Shown here piece by piece: positions 62,334 through 64,000 of a DNA stretch of 64,000 nucleotides. The notes beneath the pieces were generated by a model. The model searched no databases. It was not told where the DNA came from and saw only the letters and a list, made by a program, of their open reading frames with translations. Positions within the stretch are counted from its first letter, which is position 1. Each line of letters begins with the position of its first letter. This DNA comes from Candidatus Anstonellaceae archaeon. Its GTDB lineage: Archaea; Micrarchaeota; Micrarchaeia; Anstonellales; Anstonellaceae. The stretch lies in contig JAWAKW010000001.1 of assembly GCA_038887295.1 (NCBI GenBank), positions 366,359-430,358 of the forward strand, written 5' to 3'. The position numbers were made by a program, and so were the translations under genes.

Positions 62334-63806
62334 GTGAAACCGTATGCTGCAATTTTTGTGCTGTGCATGGTTGCACTCTCTAATGCTGCACTGCATATAG
62401 ATTCGTATACTGTGGTGCCGGAGGTGCTTAAGCCGGGCCAAGAAGGGGCAATTACATTTTCAATCAAAAACGTAGTGCCCGCAGGCTCCACTTCAACTTC
62501 GCAGCTTGAGGACGTGCAGGTTTATTTTGCTGCTCCGGCAGGCATTACCTATAAACTCAGCAGCCCCTATGTTGTTGGCTCAATACCGGTTGGCGGGTCT
62601 GCAGTGGTTTCAATCCCGTTCAAGGTAAATTCAAATGTAAAGGGAGGGGCAATCTCTGCACCATTTTTCATCTCGATTAAAGATGCCGACCAGCTTAAGA
62701 CATTGAACGTAGTAATTAGGGTGAGCAATCCACCGATCCTTTCAATTTCTGCTGACAAGCAGACTATCGCATCAACCGATATTCTTAATCTTAACATCAC
62801 AAACAACGGCGGCCTTGCAAGCAGGGCAACTCTCAAAATCGCCCCTCAAGGCGGTTTTTCACTTTCTGGAAAGACTATGATCTACATTGGGGACATAAAA
62901 GACAGCGTTACTATCCAAGTCCCAATAGATTCGCGCAACGCAAATGAGGGCGTCAGCAGCATTCCATTCGTAATTTCATATGTCGAAGAGGGCGGAAGCA
63001 GCACCGAAGAGATCAAGCCATTGCTCATTGCAGTCAAAAAAGAGAAAGCAGACGTGGTCTTTTCCCAGCTTTCAAAAGTAATTACAGCAAGAAGCAACAA
63101 ACTTGTGCTTTCAGTCAAAAACACCGGAAGAGCACTTGAAGATTTCAAAGTTTTCCTTGAGGACCAAAAGCTTCAGCCAAAGGAGTCCAACCAGGCAAAG
63201 CTGGGCAGCCTTGCTGCAGGCCAGGAAAAAACTTTCTCATTTGAGGTCTTTGCAGATGTGCAGCCGGGTGTGCATCAGGCAGCTTTGCGCCTCAAGTGGG
63301 TGGAAGATGATGTTGAAAAGGAACAACAAATCTCTATTCCAGTAGTTGTTACCTCTGATGCTGCAACTGCAATATTCGTAGATTCAAAGCCTGCTCCAAT
63401 TGTTGTTGGAGGAGAGCACACGCTTTCTGTCCTTGTCTCAAATATCGGCTCGTACAAAATCAACAATGTCGAAGTGGCGCTTAATGCAAGCAGCGGATTT
63501 GACATACTTAATGCGCAGGCAAGCCAATACATAGGTGGGCTGGAGGCTGATGACTTTTCTACTGTCCAGTACAAGGTGCGCGTGAAGGCAAAGGAGCCAG
63601 GCACATATCCAATACAAGTATCTGTGCGCTACAAAGACCAGTCTGGCCAATGGATAAGCGATGTCTCTGAGATTCCACTTATAGTGCGCGCAGCAGAAGA
63701 GCAGCGCCAAAATGGGCTGCCTCTCATTATAGGTGGCTTGGTAGTGGCAGGTGGGGCAGCTTATTGGTACTTCAAGCTTCGCAAGAAAGGCAAGGTGCAG
63801 CCATGA
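62334..63806 (+). CDS. COG1361-like S-layer/Ig-fold repeat surface protein with C-terminal TM anchor
   Basis: Signal peptide, repeated beta-rich N-x-G modules, TM helix plus basic tail; lies between ABC ATPase and permease. Confidence 0.8.
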   Translation: MKPYAAIFVLCMVALSNAALHIDSYTVVPEVLKPGQEGAITFSIKNVVPAGSTSTSQLEDVQVYFAAPAGITYKLSSPYVVGSIPVGGSAVVSIPFKVNSNVKGGAISAPFFISIKDADQLKTLNVVIRVSNPPILSISADKQTIASTDILNLNITNNGGLASRATLKIAPQGGFSLSGKTMIYIGDIKDSVTIQVPIDSRNANEGVSSIPFVISYVEEGGSSTEEIKPLLIAVKKEKADVVFSQLSKVITARSNKLVLSVKNTGRALEDFKVFLEDQKLQPKESNQAKLGSLAAGQEKTFSFEVFADVQPGVHQAALRLKWVEDDVEKEQQISIPVVVTSDAATAIFVDSKPAPIVVGGEHTLSVLVSNIGSYKINNVEVALNASSGFDILNAQASQYIGGLEADDFSTVQYKVRVKAKEPGTYPIQVSVRYKDQSGQWISDVSEIPLIVRAAEEQRQNGLPLIIGGLVVAGGAAYWYFKLRKKGKVQP

Positions 63807-64000
63807 AGCTTGTGCATATTTTGCAGTATGCATTCATGAATCTAGGCCATCGCAAGCTTCGCTCAGGTCTTACCATCTTAGGTATAGTAATTGGGATCTG
63901 CGCAGTGGTTGCACTGCTTACTCTTGGGCAGGGATTCCAAGAAGAGGTCAACAGGCAGCTTGGCGCCCTTGGCGGAAGGACCATTTTTGTCAGCCCAGTT
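63803..64000 (+). CDS. ABC permease (MacB/FtsX family), partial
   Basis: MKLVHILQYAFMNLGHRKLRSGLTILGIVIGICAVVALL...; runs off the window end. Confidence 0.88.
   Translation, partial: MKLVHILQYAFMNLGHRKLRSGLTILGIVIGICAVVALLTLGQGFQEEVNRQLGALGGRTIFVSPV

Overview
Archaeal chromosomal window, inferred to be DPANN and most likely Micrarchaeota-like. The basis is archaeal informational genes (MCM, PCNA, aIF2-gamma, Rpo11, Csl4, eL15, eS6, LonB, RNase P proteins, intron-containing tRNAs) in a compact layout, alongside bacterial-type gyrase, DnaK/GrpE and NrdJ. Most of 11-64 kb is housekeeping. Main points of interest: (1) a tRNA-Arg(CCG) gene with a canonical 21-nt intron plus a 331-nt insert in the T-loop, built largely from repeated hairpins with 18-nt loops; (2) a 1-11 kb envelope locus with at least three tandem paralogous polytopic membrane proteins, divergent from a 1857-aa membrane-anchored giant protein and a lipoprotein with a lytic-transglycosylase-like domain; (3) a second, MltB-like murein transglycosylase that overlaps an intron-containing tRNA-Pro; (4) several operators readable in the DNA, including tandem bacterial-type NrdR boxes before nrdJ and a twin palindrome around the TATA box of an HTH-grpE-dnaK operon, plus a structured speD leader; (5) two broken genes and a 48-aa zinc-finger microprotein missing from the ORF track. 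All family calls come from motif recognition by eye; no database search was run.
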